From the NCBI GenBank assembly GCA_036679645.1, contig JAZDCY010000053.1, positions 1 through 53,069 of the forward strand: DNA of 53,069 nt, written 5' to 3'. The DNA is from Gemmatimonadota bacterium (GTDB lineage Bacteria; Gemmatimonadota; Gemmatimonadetes; Gemmatimonadales; GWC2-71-9). Below are positions 17,249 to 27,982 of the stretch, piece after piece. A program made the position numbers and the translations under genes. Each line of letters opens with the position of its first letter. Within the stretch, counting starts at the first letter, position 1. The notes under the pieces are model-generated. The model saw only the letters and a program-made list of their open reading frames with translations, made no database searches and was not told the origin of the DNA.

Positions 17249-18394
17249 ATGGCTCGCGACTACTACGACGTGCTGGGCGTTGGCCGCGGCGCACCTGAAT
17301 CCGAAATCAAGAAGGCCTACCGCAAGCTCGCCATGCAGTATCACCCGGACCGAAGCAACGGCGACCGGGACGCGGAAGATCGCTTCAAGGAAGCCACCGA
17401 GGCCTATGAGGTCCTGCGCGATCGGGACAAGCGCGCTCAGTACGATCGCTTTGGGATGGCGGGCATGAAGGGAAGCAGGGGGGGCTTCGGTGGGGTACAC
17501 CCCGATCTTGCGGAAGCCCTCTCGGTCTTCATGCGTGACTTCGGTGGTATGGGTGGCTTCGACGCCATCTTCGGCGGTGGCCAACGGGAGCGCCGCGCGC
17601 ACCGCAGCGGGCAGGACGTGCGCATGACCTTCCGCATCTCGCTGGCGGAGGTCGTGACGGGTGTGACGCGCAAGGTGAAGTTGCGCACGCTCTCACGCTG
17701 CGAGCGGTGTGACGGGACCGGTGCTGACGGCGGGGCGACCGAGACGTGTCACACCTGCGGCGGCGTGGGCGAGGTGCGTCGCGCCACCCAGTCGTTACTG
17801 GGCCGCCTCGTATCGGTCACGGCGTGCCCCACCTGTGGGGGAGAGGGCTCGCTGGTACGCACTCCCTGCGGCGACTGCCGGGGCGAGGGCCGTGTGCGAA
17901 CGGAGAAGACAGTCGATATCGAGGTTCCGCCGGGCGTGTCCTCCAACAACTACCTCACGCTCCGCGGGCACGGACAGGCCGGTCCGCGCGGCGGCCCGGC
18001 CGGCGACCTGATCGTGGTCATCGAGGTGGAGGACGATCCGCGTTTCGAGCGGCATGGGAACGACTTGGTGTACGATCTTCCCGTGTCCTTTTCGGAGGGG
18101 GCGTTGGGACACACGTTTGAGATACCCACGCCGGTCGACACGGTGTCGGTCGGCGTAGATCCGGGCACGCAGTCCGGGACCCTGCTCACGGTGCGCGGTA
18201 AGGGTCTTCCGGATCTCGATTCCGGGCGGTTGGGTGATCTCCACGTGCGCGTGCGGGTCTGGACACCGACCAATCTCACCCGTGAGGCAAAGGATCTGTT
18301 GGCGCAGCTGAAAGAGATGGAAGGCGAGCCGCCAACGGCGGACCGCGGCGGCAGGGGATTCTGGGACAGGGTCAAGGAAGCGTTCGGCACGTGA
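17249..18394 (+). CDS. dnaJ: Chaperone DnaJ
   Basis: J-domain HPD, G/F region, four CxxCxGxG repeats. Confidence 0.97.
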   Translation: MARDYYDVLGVGRGAPESEIKKAYRKLAMQYHPDRSNGDRDAEDRFKEATEAYEVLRDRDKRAQYDRFGMAGMKGSRGGFGGVHPDLAEALSVFMRDFGGMGGFDAIFGGGQRERRAHRSGQDVRMTFRISLAEVVTGVTRKVKLRTLSRCERCDGTGADGGATETCHTCGGVGEVRRATQSLLGRLVSVTACPTCGGEGSLVRTPCGDCRGEGRVRTEKTVDIEVPPGVSSNNYLTLRGHGQAGPRGGPAGDLIVVIEVEDDPRFERHGNDLVYDLPVSFSEGALGHTFEIPTPVDTVSVGVDPGTQSGTLLTVRGKGLPDLDSGRLGDLHVRVRVWTPTNLTREAKDLLAQLKEMEGEPPTADRGGRGFWDRVKEAFGT

Positions 18395-18729
18395 GCGACT
18401 GCCTATTTTGCCGGGTCGTTGCCGGAGAGATTCCGGCGAATGTCGTCGCGAGCGACGAGCGCTACGTAGCGTTCCGGGACATCGAGCCCCAGGCGCCGAC
18501 ACATGTGCTCGTCATCCCGCGCGTCCATATCGCGTCACTCGACGAAGCGGAAGACGCCGAGTTGCTGGGTGGCCTCTTCGCCTTCGCGCGCGAGGTGGCG
18601 CGCCAGTCCGGTGTGGCGGAATCGGGGTACCGCGCGGTGGTCAATACCAACGCCGACGCACAGCAGACGGTGCCGCATCTCCACGTGCACATCATGGGTG
18701 GCCGGAAGTTCAGGTGGCCGCCAGGGTGA
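18391..18729 (+). CDS. hinT: Histidine triad nucleotide-binding protein
   Basis: DCLFC, QTVPHLHVH. Confidence 0.93.
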   Translation: MSDCLFCRVVAGEIPANVVASDERYVAFRDIEPQAPTHVLVIPRVHIASLDEAEDAELLGGLFAFAREVARQSGVAESGYRAVVNTNADAQQTVPHLHVHIMGGRKFRWPPG

Positions 18730-18817
18730 ATCGGAATGGTGAATAATGCGCCGTACGCAGTAAGCGGTGCGCGGTCGCTGGGCCCGCCCACCGCTCGCGG
18801 CGCACCCCTCGCCGCCC

Positions 18818-18846
18818 TTGTCTCCCCCCCATTCCATGCTTAAACT
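18818..18846 (+). promoter_or_regulatory. Sigma70 promoter of rpsU
   Basis: TTGTCT-17-TAAACT; RBS GAGGAG before ATG 18901. Confidence 0.65.
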
Positions 18847-18900
18847 GGCAGGTCTGTCCCGATTGTCGATTTGCGACATAAGAGGGGGTGAGGAGTCGAG

Positions 18901-19086
18901 ATGGCGGAAGTGATCATCCACGAGGATGAGAGCTTCGAACGAGCGCTCAAGCGCTTCAAGAAGAAGTGTGAGAAGGCGGGGATCCTGTCCGATCTCCGTA
19001 AACACCGCCACTACGAGAAGCCGAGTGAGCGTCGGAAGCGCAAGATCAACGCGGCCCGGCGGAAGAACCGTCGAGATCACTCTTGA
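18901..19086 (+). CDS. rpsU: 30S ribosomal protein S21
   Basis: [13 protein letters not shown]...[11 protein letters not shown]. Confidence 0.97.
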   Translation: MAEVIIHEDESFERALKRFKKKCEKAGILSDLRKHRHYEKPSERRKRKINAARRKNRRDHS

Positions 19087-19162
19087 ACGGCGTGACCGTC
19101 GTCCCCGCCACCGCCCCCTCCGCGGCGCGCGTGCACGAGCGAGGGGCCTGAGCGTGCAGGAG

Positions 19163-21499
19163 ATGCAGGCAGAATTCCCAGGGGTGCATGCGACCAGCGT
19201 CGCCCGCACCCCTTCCACATTGCCCCCGGTTGCCTCAGACGAAACTCTCACCAGCCTCGAATTCCCGGCAGCGCTTGCGGCGGTTGCGGTGTACGCGGCC
19301 AGCGATCCCGGCAGAGCGGCGGTCTCCGCGCGTCGCCCCTGTGCGGACCTAGAGCTGCTGCGTAACGAGCTGGCTACTGTTGAGGAACTTGCGCACGTGC
19401 TCCGGCGCGAAGACCCTTTCCGTCCCGAGCCCGTTCAAGATGTCACGCCGGCCCTCGCCGCGGCCGAGCCGGACGGCGCGGTGATCGAGGGCTCCGCACT
19501 CGCGGCTGTGGGACGGTCGCTCGTCGCTATGCGACTGGTGGCCGAGCAGCTCGACCGGCTGGCGCCCGACGCGCCCCGAACCGCTCGTCTGCGGGTCGAG
19601 ATTGCTCCGCGCTCCTTGGAGCGAGAGATCACGTCAACCGTAGACGAGGACGGACAGGTTCCCGACGGCGCCAACCGTGATGTCGACAGGGCACGCGCAC
19701 GGGTCCGCGACATTCGCGCTCGCCTCCATCGTCTGCTCGAGCAGACGCTCAGGGGGCTCGATGCCCATCAGGCAGCCGGTGATGCGACGGTGACCGTTCG
19801 GAATGGGCGTTACGTCATCCCGGTGGCCAGAGATGCGCGCGGGCGCGTCCCCGGCATCGTGCACGACGAGTCGAACTCTGGTGCGACGCTCTTTGTCGAG
19901 CCACAACAAGCAGTTGAGCTCGCCAACGACCTTCGCGCCGCAGAGGTGGAAGAGACGCGGACAATCCGTGCGATTCTCCGAGCGCTGACCGCGCAACTCC
20001 GCGCCAATCTGCCAACGGTCCACGACGGCTGGGACATGTGCGTACGCGTAGACGATCTCTACGCTCGCGCCAAGTACGCCGTGGAAACGGAGGGCTTTGC
20101 GCCCCAACTCGTGGACGCACCCGGTGCGTTGCGGCTCCATGATGTGCGCCATCCCCTGCTTTTGGCTGAGGGAGTCGATGCCGTACCGTTCGACCTGACG
20201 CTGGCCGAAGATGAGCTGGCGGTCATCGTGAGCGGCCCCAACGCCGGCGGCAAGACCGTGCTCCTGAAGGCCGTCGGTCTGGTGACGGCCCTCGTCCAGG
20301 CAGGTGTCATTCCCCCCATAGGCGAGCGCTCGTGTCTCCCGGTCTTCCGGCGTGTTGTCGTGGATATCGGGGACCACCAGTCAATCGAAGCAAATCTGTC
20401 CACCTTCAGTGCGCACGTGGTGGCGTTACGCACGGCGTTGGAGCTGGCGGGTCCGGACACGTTGGTGCTGCTGGACGAGGTGGGCAGTGGCACCGACCCA
20501 CGCGAAGGTGCGGCACTCGCCGGGGCAGCGTTGATGGCACTGGTCGACGCTGGCACGCGCACCATGGTCACTACGCACCTCACGGAGCTGAAAGAACTGG
20601 CGACCCAGTCCTCGGGTATCGTCAACGCGTCGCTCGAGTTCGATGCCGACGAACTGGCGCCCACGTACCGGCTGCTCATGGGTGTCCCCGGCCGCTCCTA
20701 TGGTTTGGTGATTGCACGGCGTCTTGGAGTGAGTCAATCCGTACTCGATATGGCGGAGCAGCGTATACCCGAAGGAGAGCGTGCACTCGACACGCTGCTC
20801 GCGGAGGTGGAACAGCGCATCGCTCGCGTAGAGGAACGCGAGCGGCACACTGAGGACGAACACGCGCGGCTCCGCGAAGAGGTCGCGGCGGCCGTGCTGC
20901 ACACCGCGGAGTTGGCCGATCGGGAGCGGGCAGCAGAGCAGCGGGAAAGCGAAGTGGAACGCGAGGGCAGGGCTCAGGCCCGCCGTTTTCTGCTCGACGC
21001 GCGCCGCCGCGTGGAGGATGCGTTGGCCGTGGCACGCGCTGCGGTGTCCGAGGCGACCGCGAAGGAAGCGCGCCGTCTAGTAGAAGATGGCATCAGCCGC
21101 GAGGCTGACGAGCTGAAGCGTCTGGAACAGGAGCTGCGCAGGAAGGGCTGGACCGTTCGGGGGAGCCGGACGGATGCCGCGACGGTGGTGGCGCCAACCG
21201 AGTCGCCCGTCGCGTCGCGCGCGCCCGAAGATGCTGCCGCCGTAGCGCTCGATGCCGCCTCGGAGATCGATGTCCGTGGTTTCATGGCCGACGAGGCGCG
21301 GAATGTGGTCCAGCGCGCAATCGATGCGGCGGTCGTGGCCGAGCTGCCGTCGCTGCGCATCATCCACGGGAAGGGAACCGGACGCCTCCGAGTCGTCGTC
21401 GCGGAACTAGCCAAGTGTGATACCCGGGTGCTGCGTCATGCAGTTGCACCAACGCACCAGGGCGGAACGGGTGTCACGATCGTCGAGTTCGGACCATGA
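19163..21499 (+). CDS. mutS2: Endonuclease MutS2 (Smr domain)
   Basis: GPNAGGKT, LSTFSAH, LLDEVGSGTDP, Smr IIHGKGTG. Start is approximate. Confidence 0.93.
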   Translation: MQAEFPGVHATSVARTPSTLPPVASDETLTSLEFPAALAAVAVYAASDPGRAAVSARRPCADLELLRNELATVEELAHVLRREDPFRPEPVQDVTPALAAAEPDGAVIEGSALAAVGRSLVAMRLVAEQLDRLAPDAPRTARLRVEIAPRSLEREITSTVDEDGQVPDGANRDVDRARARVRDIRARLHRLLEQTLRGLDAHQAAGDATVTVRNGRYVIPVARDARGRVPGIVHDESNSGATLFVEPQQAVELANDLRAAEVEETRTIRAILRALTAQLRANLPTVHDGWDMCVRVDDLYARAKYAVETEGFAPQLVDAPGALRLHDVRHPLLLAEGVDAVPFDLTLAEDELAVIVSGPNAGGKTVLLKAVGLVTALVQAGVIPPIGERSCLPVFRRVVVDIGDHQSIEANLSTFSAHVVALRTALELAGPDTLVLLDEVGSGTDPREGAALAGAALMALVDAGTRTMVTTHLTELKELATQSSGIVNASLEFDADELAPTYRLLMGVPGRSYGLVIARRLGVSQSVLDMAEQRIPEGERALDTLLAEVEQRIARVEERERHTEDEHARLREEVAAAVLHTAELADRERAAEQRESEVEREGRAQARRFLLDARRRVEDALAVARAAVSEATAKEARRLVEDGISREADELKRLEQELRRKGWTVRGSRTDAATVVAPTESPVASRAPEDAAAVALDAASEIDVRGFMADEARNVVQRAIDAAVVAELPSLRIIHGKGTGRLRVVVAELAKCDTRVLRHAVAPTHQGGTGVTIVEFGP

Positions 21500-23274
21500 G
21501 TAGCATCCCCGAGGAACTGATCGAGCAGGTGCGTGATGCCGCAGACGTCGTGGAACTCGTCGGCGAGCACGTGCAGCTCCGACGCACCGGGTCCGACTAT
21601 CGAGGGCCCTGTCCGTTTCACGGGGGTAAGCATCGCAACTTCTCCGTGATTCCGCGCAAGCAGATGTACTACTGCTTCGTCTGTCACGAGGGGGGCGACG
21701 TCTTCTCGTTCTACATGAAACACCTCGGCATGGAGTATCCGGCTGCGGTCCGCGCCGTGGCGCAACGCATCGGCATCGCGATCCCGGAGCGGGCGAGCGC
21801 TGGTCCGGATCCACGGGAGCCGCTGTTCTCCGCCGTTGCCGCGGCGCACGATTGGTATCAGCGTCAGCTGCGCGAAGCCAAGGAGGCCGATCGGGCGCGC
21901 CGCTACCTGAAGGGGCGAGGCTTCGATCTGGAGGTGTTGCTGCCCCACGGTCTCGGTTTCGCTCCCGGCGGCAAGGCGTTTCTCGCAGGGATGGCGACCC
22001 TTGGTGTAGAGGAACGCACGCTGGTGGCCGCCGGTCTCGCGGTCGAGCGCGAGGGCAAGACGCGCGCACGTTTCTGGGACCGTCTGCTCTTTCCCATCCA
22101 CGACCTGCGCGGCCGGGCGGTGGGTTTCGGCGGACGCGTACTGGGCGATGGGGAGCCGAAGTACCTCAACTCGCCCGAATCGGAGATCTTCCACAAGGGA
22201 CGACTGCTCTACAACCTGCACGAGGCCAAACAGGCTATCCGGAAGGCAGAACACGCGGTCCTGGTCGAGGGTTACTTCGACGTCATCCGGATGGCCGAGG
22301 CCGGGATCGAGCATGTTATTGCTCCGCTCGGCACCGGGTTCACCGAGGACCAGGCCGCACTGCTGCACCGGTATGCGCCGCGGGTGACACTTCTGTTCGA
22401 CAACGATACTGCCGGGCTGCGGGCCACATTCCGCACCGCCGATCAACTGCTACGTGCCAAGGTACGCGTGGCGGTCGCGAGTCTGCCGGAAGGAGATGAT
22501 CCCGATACGCTGGTCGCCCGCTCCGGACGTCGTGGCATCGAAAAGGTGCTGCGTGACGCCGTCGATGTGTTCGAGCGCAAGATGCAACTCCTCGAGCGCA
22601 AAGGCTGGCTTGCGGACTTGAGCGGCAGGCGGCGCGCGCTCGACCGTCTCCTGCCCACCTTGCGCGCCGCGGCGGATCCGGTCACACGGGATCTCTACCT
22701 CACACGGGTGACCGAGGCCCTCGGCGTGTCGCGCGACGCCGTGCTGCGCGAGATGCAGGAACGCGCGCCCGCACGTCCCGTTCAGCGACCGCTTACCTCT
22801 CCGGCCCCGTCGCGGCAGGTCAGTCTGGCGCGGGCCGAGCGGATCGTCCTGCTCGCCATGCTGCACGATCGCGACCTGCGCCAGCGCATTATCGATGTGG
22901 GCGTCGATCAGGGCACTCTTGCGCCTGTGGCTCGAGAGGTGTTTACGCTTCTCGTGGAAAAGCCGCCGAACGTCCCGCCGGGAGAGCTGTTGGATCGGCT
23001 CGATGGCGACGCGCAGCAGGCACTCGAGAGCTTGCTGCGTGAGCCTTGGCCCCAGGGAGACGGTGTGACGGTGGTGGCAGCCTCGCTCGACGAGTTGCGG
23101 GGCCGGCCGCTCGAGCACGAGATCGCACAGCTCAACCGCGCAATCCCCTTAGCGCGTGATGAGGACAAGCCTGACCTGCTCCGGCAGAAAGAGGAGCTGA
23201 GCCGCCGGCTCAACGAACTGAAACCAGGAAGAAGGTGGAACGTGATACGTACGAGGAGGGGAAGTGCACGCTGA
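21496..23274 (+). CDS. dnaG: DNA primase
   Basis: CPFH...CFVC zinc finger, KYLNSPE, EGYFDV, TOPRIM FDND, DPD. Confidence 0.97.
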   Translation: MSSIPEELIEQVRDAADVVELVGEHVQLRRTGSDYRGPCPFHGGKHRNFSVIPRKQMYYCFVCHEGGDVFSFYMKHLGMEYPAAVRAVAQRIGIAIPERASAGPDPREPLFSAVAAAHDWYQRQLREAKEADRARRYLKGRGFDLEVLLPHGLGFAPGGKAFLAGMATLGVEERTLVAAGLAVEREGKTRARFWDRLLFPIHDLRGRAVGFGGRVLGDGEPKYLNSPESEIFHKGRLLYNLHEAKQAIRKAEHAVLVEGYFDVIRMAEAGIEHVIAPLGTGFTEDQAALLHRYAPRVTLLFDNDTAGLRATFRTADQLLRAKVRVAVASLPEGDDPDTLVARSGRRGIEKVLRDAVDVFERKMQLLERKGWLADLSGRRRALDRLLPTLRAAADPVTRDLYLTRVTEALGVSRDAVLREMQERAPARPVQRPLTSPAPSRQVSLARAERIVLLAMLHDRDLRQRIIDVGVDQGTLAPVAREVFTLLVEKPPNVPPGELLDRLDGDAQQALESLLREPWPQGDGVTVVAASLDELRGRPLEHEIAQLNRAIPLARDEDKPDLLRQKEELSRRLNELKPGRRWNVIRTRRGSAR

Positions 23275-23983
23275 TCTACCGACGTTGCTGGAGTTGCAAC
23301 AACGTGATAAGACGGTGCAACAATTTCGTGACGAAATGGCCGCTCTCGATCCCGAGATTGCGGAACTCGACGCCAATCTCGGCGCGTGTCAGGAACGCCT
23401 GGATGCGACGCGGAAGGCCGCATTAGAAGCGGGCGAGTACCGGACCGAACTAGAGGAGAAGATTGAGGAATTCAAGCAGCTGCAAGAGCGCAAGCGTCAG
23501 AAGCTCGAGTGGGTGCGGGGCGCGAAGGAGGCGGCGACGCTGATGGCGGAGCTGGATCTGGGCAAGAGTGTATTGGCGAAAGAAGAAGCAGAATGGGTTC
23601 GCTCTGCCGACAAGGTACAGGAGACGGAACTCAGGGCCGCTGAAGCCGAAAAGGCTGTGCAGGAGACGAAAGACGGGCAGGGCGCACGGCGTGATGAGAT
23701 TGCAGTGGTGCACGCGGAGGCGCAGGTGAAGATCACCGCAGCCGAGGCCGAGCGGACAACTGTTGCTGCTGGCGTGCCCAAGCCGCTGCTCACGCAGTAC
23801 GAGCGCATCCGCAAAGGGCGCGCCCCCTTTGCCGTATATGCGCTGCACGGAGGCGCCTGCGGGCATTGCTTCACGGCTGTGCCGCTTCACCGGCGCCAAG
23901 AGTTGCTCAACGGTAGCCGTATCATCACGTGCGAGGCGTGTGGAGTCATGATCTATGAGGACGAGGCTGTGCCATCGGAGTGA
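23264..23983 (+). CDS. Coiled-coil protein with C4 zinc ribbon (DUF164-like)
   Basis: Long coiled coil, then CGHC...CEACG. Confidence 0.88.
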   Translation: MHADLPTLLELQQRDKTVQQFRDEMAALDPEIAELDANLGACQERLDATRKAALEAGEYRTELEEKIEEFKQLQERKRQKLEWVRGAKEAATLMAELDLGKSVLAKEEAEWVRSADKVQETELRAAEAEKAVQETKDGQGARRDEIAVVHAEAQVKITAAEAERTTVAAGVPKPLLTQYERIRKGRAPFAVYALHGGACGHCFTAVPLHRRQELLNGSRIITCEACGVMIYEDEAVPSE

Positions 23984-25689
23984 CGCTCCTTCCGTCACGC
24001 TGGGCGGTGCGCGAGGAACCGGATGACTCGCAGGTGGCCACCCTTGCCCATGCCCTGAACCTGCCCATCCCGCTTGCGCGAATTCTGGTGCAACGCGGGC
24101 TCGGCGGGGAGACAAACGCGCGGCAGTTTCTCCGCCCTTCATTGGACGGGCTGTCCAATCCGCTCGACCTTCCCAACATGGAGCCGGCGGTCGCGCGGAT
24201 CGTCACCGCAATTCAAGACGGTGAACTCATCCTCGTCCACGGCGACTACGACGTCGACGGACAGAGCGCCACCGCGCTGCTCACACGCGCCCTACGCCTA
24301 GCCGGCGCCACCGTCACCCCTTTCATCCCCAACCGCTTGGTGGACGGTTACGATCTTGGCCCCGCTGGCGTGCGCGAGGCAGCGCAGTCCGGTGCGCGTC
24401 TCATCGTGACGTGCGATTGCGGCACGACGGCCACAGGCGCGGTCGAAGAGGCCGCCTCCCACGGTATCGACGTGGTGGTGACGGATCACCACACGCCCGG
24501 CGAGAGGCTGCCGGCGGCGGTCGCCGTCGTGAATCCGCGACTCGGTGACCCGGAGGCCGATGCGGCCGATCTGTGTGGCGCCGGCGTAGCCTTCAAGCTG
24601 GTGCAGGCGGTGTGCGCCAGCCTGGGGATTTCGCAGCATCTCCCGTTTCATTTCCTCGACCTCGTAGCGCTTGCGACCGTCGCGGATGTCGTTCCTCTGA
24701 GGCGGGAAAACCGCGTGCTGGTCCGCTTTGGACTGAAGCAGCTCGCGAACTCGCGGTGGCCGGGTATTCGTGCCTTGCTCTCGGTAGTCGGGCTGGCCGG
24801 CCGGCCGGTGCGCGCGGGCCACGTGGGGTTCGTTATTGGACCTCGTCTGAACGCTGCGGGGCGGATCGGGGAGGCAATGGACGGCCTTGCGCTTCTCCTT
24901 ACCGATGACGAACGGGACGCGCTAGATCGTGCGCGGCGGCTGGACACGCTGAACGCGCAGCGGCAGGAGATAGATCAACGGATCCTCGATCAGGCCATTG
25001 AGACGGTCGAGCAAGAAATCGATCTCGACGACACGTTCGGACTGGTGCTTGCGCGTGAGGATTGGCACGCGGGCGTCATCGGCATCGTTGCATCCCGACT
25101 GGTGGAACGATATGCCAGACCGGCCATTCTCATCGCGCTCACAGACGACACTGGCAAGGGGTCGGGTCGGAGTATCGCGGGCTTCGATCTCCACAGCGCC
25201 CTCGTCGCGTGCGCACCGCACCTGCAACGGTTCGGCGGGCATAAGATGGCCGCTGGCCTCACGATTGCACGAGGCGATGTCGACGCGTTTCGCGACGCGT
25301 TCGACCAGGTCGCTCACGACCGGTTGAGCGCCGACGACCTCGTTCCCACCCAACGCATCGACCAGGTCGTTGCACTCGACCGCATGGACGGAGAGCTGGA
25401 GCGGCTGCTGCGACATCTCGAACCGTGCGGAGCCGGCAATCCGGCGCCCGTATTTGGCGTCGAGCGCGCGAACGGGCGGGGACCGCGCCCCGTCGGGACC
25501 AACCACCTGCGGTTCACACTCGATGACGGTCACGCGCGTCTCACTGCCATCGGGTTCGGGTGGGCGGACCGCGTGGAGCCCTCTTGGTGGGACAGGCCAC
25601 TGGACGTCGCCTTCAGGCTCGAGCGGGATGATTGGGGCGGTGTCCCGAAGATCCAGGCGCGCGTGCTGCAAATCCGGCCCTCGGCGTAG
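23980..25689 (+). CDS. recJ: ssDNA exonuclease RecJ
   Basis: GDYDVDG, TDHH, GPRLNAAGR, GSGRS, GGH. Confidence 0.97.
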   Translation: MTLLPSRWAVREEPDDSQVATLAHALNLPIPLARILVQRGLGGETNARQFLRPSLDGLSNPLDLPNMEPAVARIVTAIQDGELILVHGDYDVDGQSATALLTRALRLAGATVTPFIPNRLVDGYDLGPAGVREAAQSGARLIVTCDCGTTATGAVEEAASHGIDVVVTDHHTPGERLPAAVAVVNPRLGDPEADAADLCGAGVAFKLVQAVCASLGISQHLPFHFLDLVALATVADVVPLRRENRVLVRFGLKQLANSRWPGIRALLSVVGLAGRPVRAGHVGFVIGPRLNAAGRIGEAMDGLALLLTDDERDALDRARRLDTLNAQRQEIDQRILDQAIETVEQEIDLDDTFGLVLAREDWHAGVIGIVASRLVERYARPAILIALTDDTGKGSGRSIAGFDLHSALVACAPHLQRFGGHKMAAGLTIARGDVDAFRDAFDQVAHDRLSADDLVPTQRIDQVVALDRMDGELERLLRHLEPCGAGNPAPVFGVERANGRGPRPVGTNHLRFTLDDGHARLTAIGFGWADRVEPSWWDRPLDVAFRLERDDWGGVPKIQARVLQIRPSA

Positions 25690-26205
25690 GTGCGCATCAT
25701 CGCCGGTACGTTGCGCGGACGCGCCGTCCGGCCGCCGCGTGATCGGCGGGCCCGACCGACCTCAGATCGCGTCCGCGAGGCATGGTTCGCGATTCTCGGC
25801 GATCGGGTCCGAGGGGCGCGCGTACTGGATCTCTTTGCGGGGTCGGGGGCATTGGGCCTCGAGGCGTTGTCGCGCGGTGCCGAGCAGGCCACCTTTGTGG
25901 AACTCGTACCGGCGACCCTGCGGTCGCTGCGGGAGAATCTGCGCGCCCTCGACCTGACCGAGCAGGCGAGCACGTATCGCGGGGAGGCCCTGCGGTTTGC
26001 CGCAAAGCTCAGCTCCGGTGCCTACGACATCGCGTTTGCCGATCCCCCCTATGACACGGATCAGGCCGAACAGCTGGTAACGGTGTTCCGCGATACGCCA
26101 TTTGCGAGCATACTCGGTGTGGAGCACACCTCGGCCAACGCCCTCGCCGGAGACGACACGCGACGCTACGGCAACGTCGCCCTGACCTTCTGCTACGAGC
26201 CATGA
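25690..26205 (+). CDS. rsmD: 16S rRNA m2G966 methyltransferase
   Basis: RPTSDRVRE, LDLFAGSGALGLEALSRGA, DPPY. Confidence 0.95.
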   Translation: MRIIAGTLRGRAVRPPRDRRARPTSDRVREAWFAILGDRVRGARVLDLFAGSGALGLEALSRGAEQATFVELVPATLRSLRENLRALDLTEQASTYRGEALRFAAKLSSGAYDIAFADPPYDTDQAEQLVTVFRDTPFASILGVEHTSANALAGDDTRRYGNVALTFCYEP

Positions 26206-26684
26206 CACGCACCGCCATCTATCCAGGTTCGTTCGATCCGGTGACCCGCGGCCACGAGGACATCATTCGGCGCAGTACGCGTCTGGCCGACAGCGTGATC
26301 GTGGCCGTAGCCGAGAATATCGGGAAAGCGCCGCTGTTCACGATCGACGAACGACTGGCGTTTCTCCGCGCCGCCACTGAAGATGTCCCCAACGTCACCG
26401 TGCACGCCTTCGACGGACTACTCGCAGACTTCGCGGCTTCCGTGGGCGCGTCGGTGGTGGTGAGAGGCCTGCGGGCTGTGAGCGACTTCGAGTACGAATT
26501 CCAGATGGCGCTCATGAACCGTCAACTCCATGCGGATCTCGAGACGGTCTTTCTCGTGCCGGGTCTCGAACTCACCTTTCTGAGTTCGAGTCTGGTCAAG
26601 GAGGTGGCACGATTTGGGGGTGACATCACGCCCTTTGTCCATCCCAAGGTGAGTGCGGCACTTCAGGCGAAGTTCTCCGCGTGA
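26202..26684 (+). CDS. coaD: Phosphopantetheine adenylyltransferase
   Basis: YPGSFDPVTRGH, RGLRAVSDFEYE, SSSLVKE. Confidence 0.97.
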   Translation: MTRTAIYPGSFDPVTRGHEDIIRRSTRLADSVIVAVAENIGKAPLFTIDERLAFLRAATEDVPNVTVHAFDGLLADFAASVGASVVVRGLRAVSDFEYEFQMALMNRQLHADLETVFLVPGLELTFLSSSLVKEVARFGGDITPFVHPKVSAALQAKFSA

Positions 26685-27646
26685 CATTCCGGGAAGGCCT
26701 ACATCGCCGTGCAGCGGCGGTGGAGGGACACGTGGTCCTCGTGGAAGGCTGGGACCCACGCGTCCGTGCTGCCGCCGAGCGCCTGCGGCAGTTGGGTATC
26801 CGCCGGGTGACGCTGCTAGACGAACGGGTTGAGCAGGATCCGTCGCTCGACGACGTGGCCCAACTGCTCCGGGAGCGGAAACCCGATCGGTTGGCGGACT
26901 CGGACGAGGCGCGAGAGTTGGCCCGGCGCCCCCTACACTTCGCCGCGGGGCTCGTTGCCCTGGGTCTCGCCGATGCCGCGGTCGGGGGCGCGACCTGTCC
27001 CACGGCCGACGTACTCCGCGCCGCACTGTGGGCCATCGGTCCGGCGGACGGCATCGAGACGGTCAGCAGCTCCTTCTACATGGTGCTGGCCGCCCCCGTC
27101 CCGGATGTGCCGGAACGCTCGGTGCTCACGTTCACGGACGCTGGGGTCGTGCCAAATCCCACGCCGGAGCAGCTGGCCGAGATCGCCGCGGTCGCTGCGG
27201 ACGACAGGGCACGCATCGTGGGCGATTTGCCTCGCGTTGCCTTCCTCTCGTTCTCGACCAAGGGCAGTGCCACGGGACCCCGGGTCGATCGGGTGGTCGA
27301 GGCGGTCGGGCGTTTCTCAGAACTCCGACCGGATGTGGTCTGCGACGGGGAGCTCCAGGGGGATGCAGCCCTCGTGCCGGCGGTGGCCCTTCGGAAGGCT
27401 CCGGAGTCGCCGTTGCGGGGGGAAGCCAACGTTCTGGTGTTCCCTGACCTTGACAGCGGCAACATTGCATACAAACTGGTGCAGCGGCTCGCTGGCGCCT
27501 CGGCGATCGGTCCGATCATCCAGGGACTGGCCCGGCCGATGGCCGACCTGTCGCGCGGAGCGACGCCCGACGACGTAGTGGATGTGGCGGCCGTTGCACT
27601 GCTCCAGTCAGTGCCTGCGGAACGCCCCGAATTGGAGGGGAAATGA
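26681..27646 (+). CDS. pta: Phosphate acetyltransferase
   Basis: LSFSTKGSA, DGELQGDAA, FPDLDSGNIAYK, DLSRG. Confidence 0.92.
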   Translation: MTFREGLHRRAAAVEGHVVLVEGWDPRVRAAAERLRQLGIRRVTLLDERVEQDPSLDDVAQLLRERKPDRLADSDEARELARRPLHFAAGLVALGLADAAVGGATCPTADVLRAALWAIGPADGIETVSSSFYMVLAAPVPDVPERSVLTFTDAGVVPNPTPEQLAEIAAVAADDRARIVGDLPRVAFLSFSTKGSATGPRVDRVVEAVGRFSELRPDVVCDGELQGDAALVPAVALRKAPESPLRGEANVLVFPDLDSGNIAYKLVQRLAGASAIGPIIQGLARPMADLSRGATPDDVVDVAAVALLQSVPAERPELEGK

Positions 27647-27978
27647 GCTTCACCCTGCGAAAAGATGAGAGCGGCATTGTCGTCGTCGGCGTCGATGGCC
27701 AGCTCATCGTAGGAAACCGTCACGAACTGAAGCAGAAGGTCCTCGAGGCTGTGGAAAGTGGCGAGCGCAAGGTGCTCGTCGACTTTACCAATACCGGCTA
27801 TATCGATTCGTCGGGACTCGGGGTGCTGGTATCACTCGCCAAGAAGCTCCGCGAGGAGGGTGGCGAGATGCGGCTTGCCGCTCTCAACCCAGACCTGCGG
27901 ACGCTGTTCGAGCTGACCAAACTCGACACGCTCTTCAACATCACCGACTCGCTCGACGACGCGCTCTCCTCGTTCTGA
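27643..27978 (+). CDS. STAS-domain anti-sigma factor antagonist (RsbV-like)
   Basis: YIDSSGLGVL phospho-Ser motif. Confidence 0.93.
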   Translation: MSFTLRKDESGIVVVGVDGQLIVGNRHELKQKVLEAVESGERKVLVDFTNTGYIDSSGLGVLVSLAKKLREEGGEMRLAALNPDLRTLFELTKLDTLFNITDSLDDALSSF

Positions 27979-27982
27979 CCAC

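Noticed and set aside
18926..19162. N-terminal extension of MutS2 (likewise the ORF-track extensions of xseA, folD, nadK and zapA)
   Set aside because: They overlap the upstream genes in another frame and lack family features.
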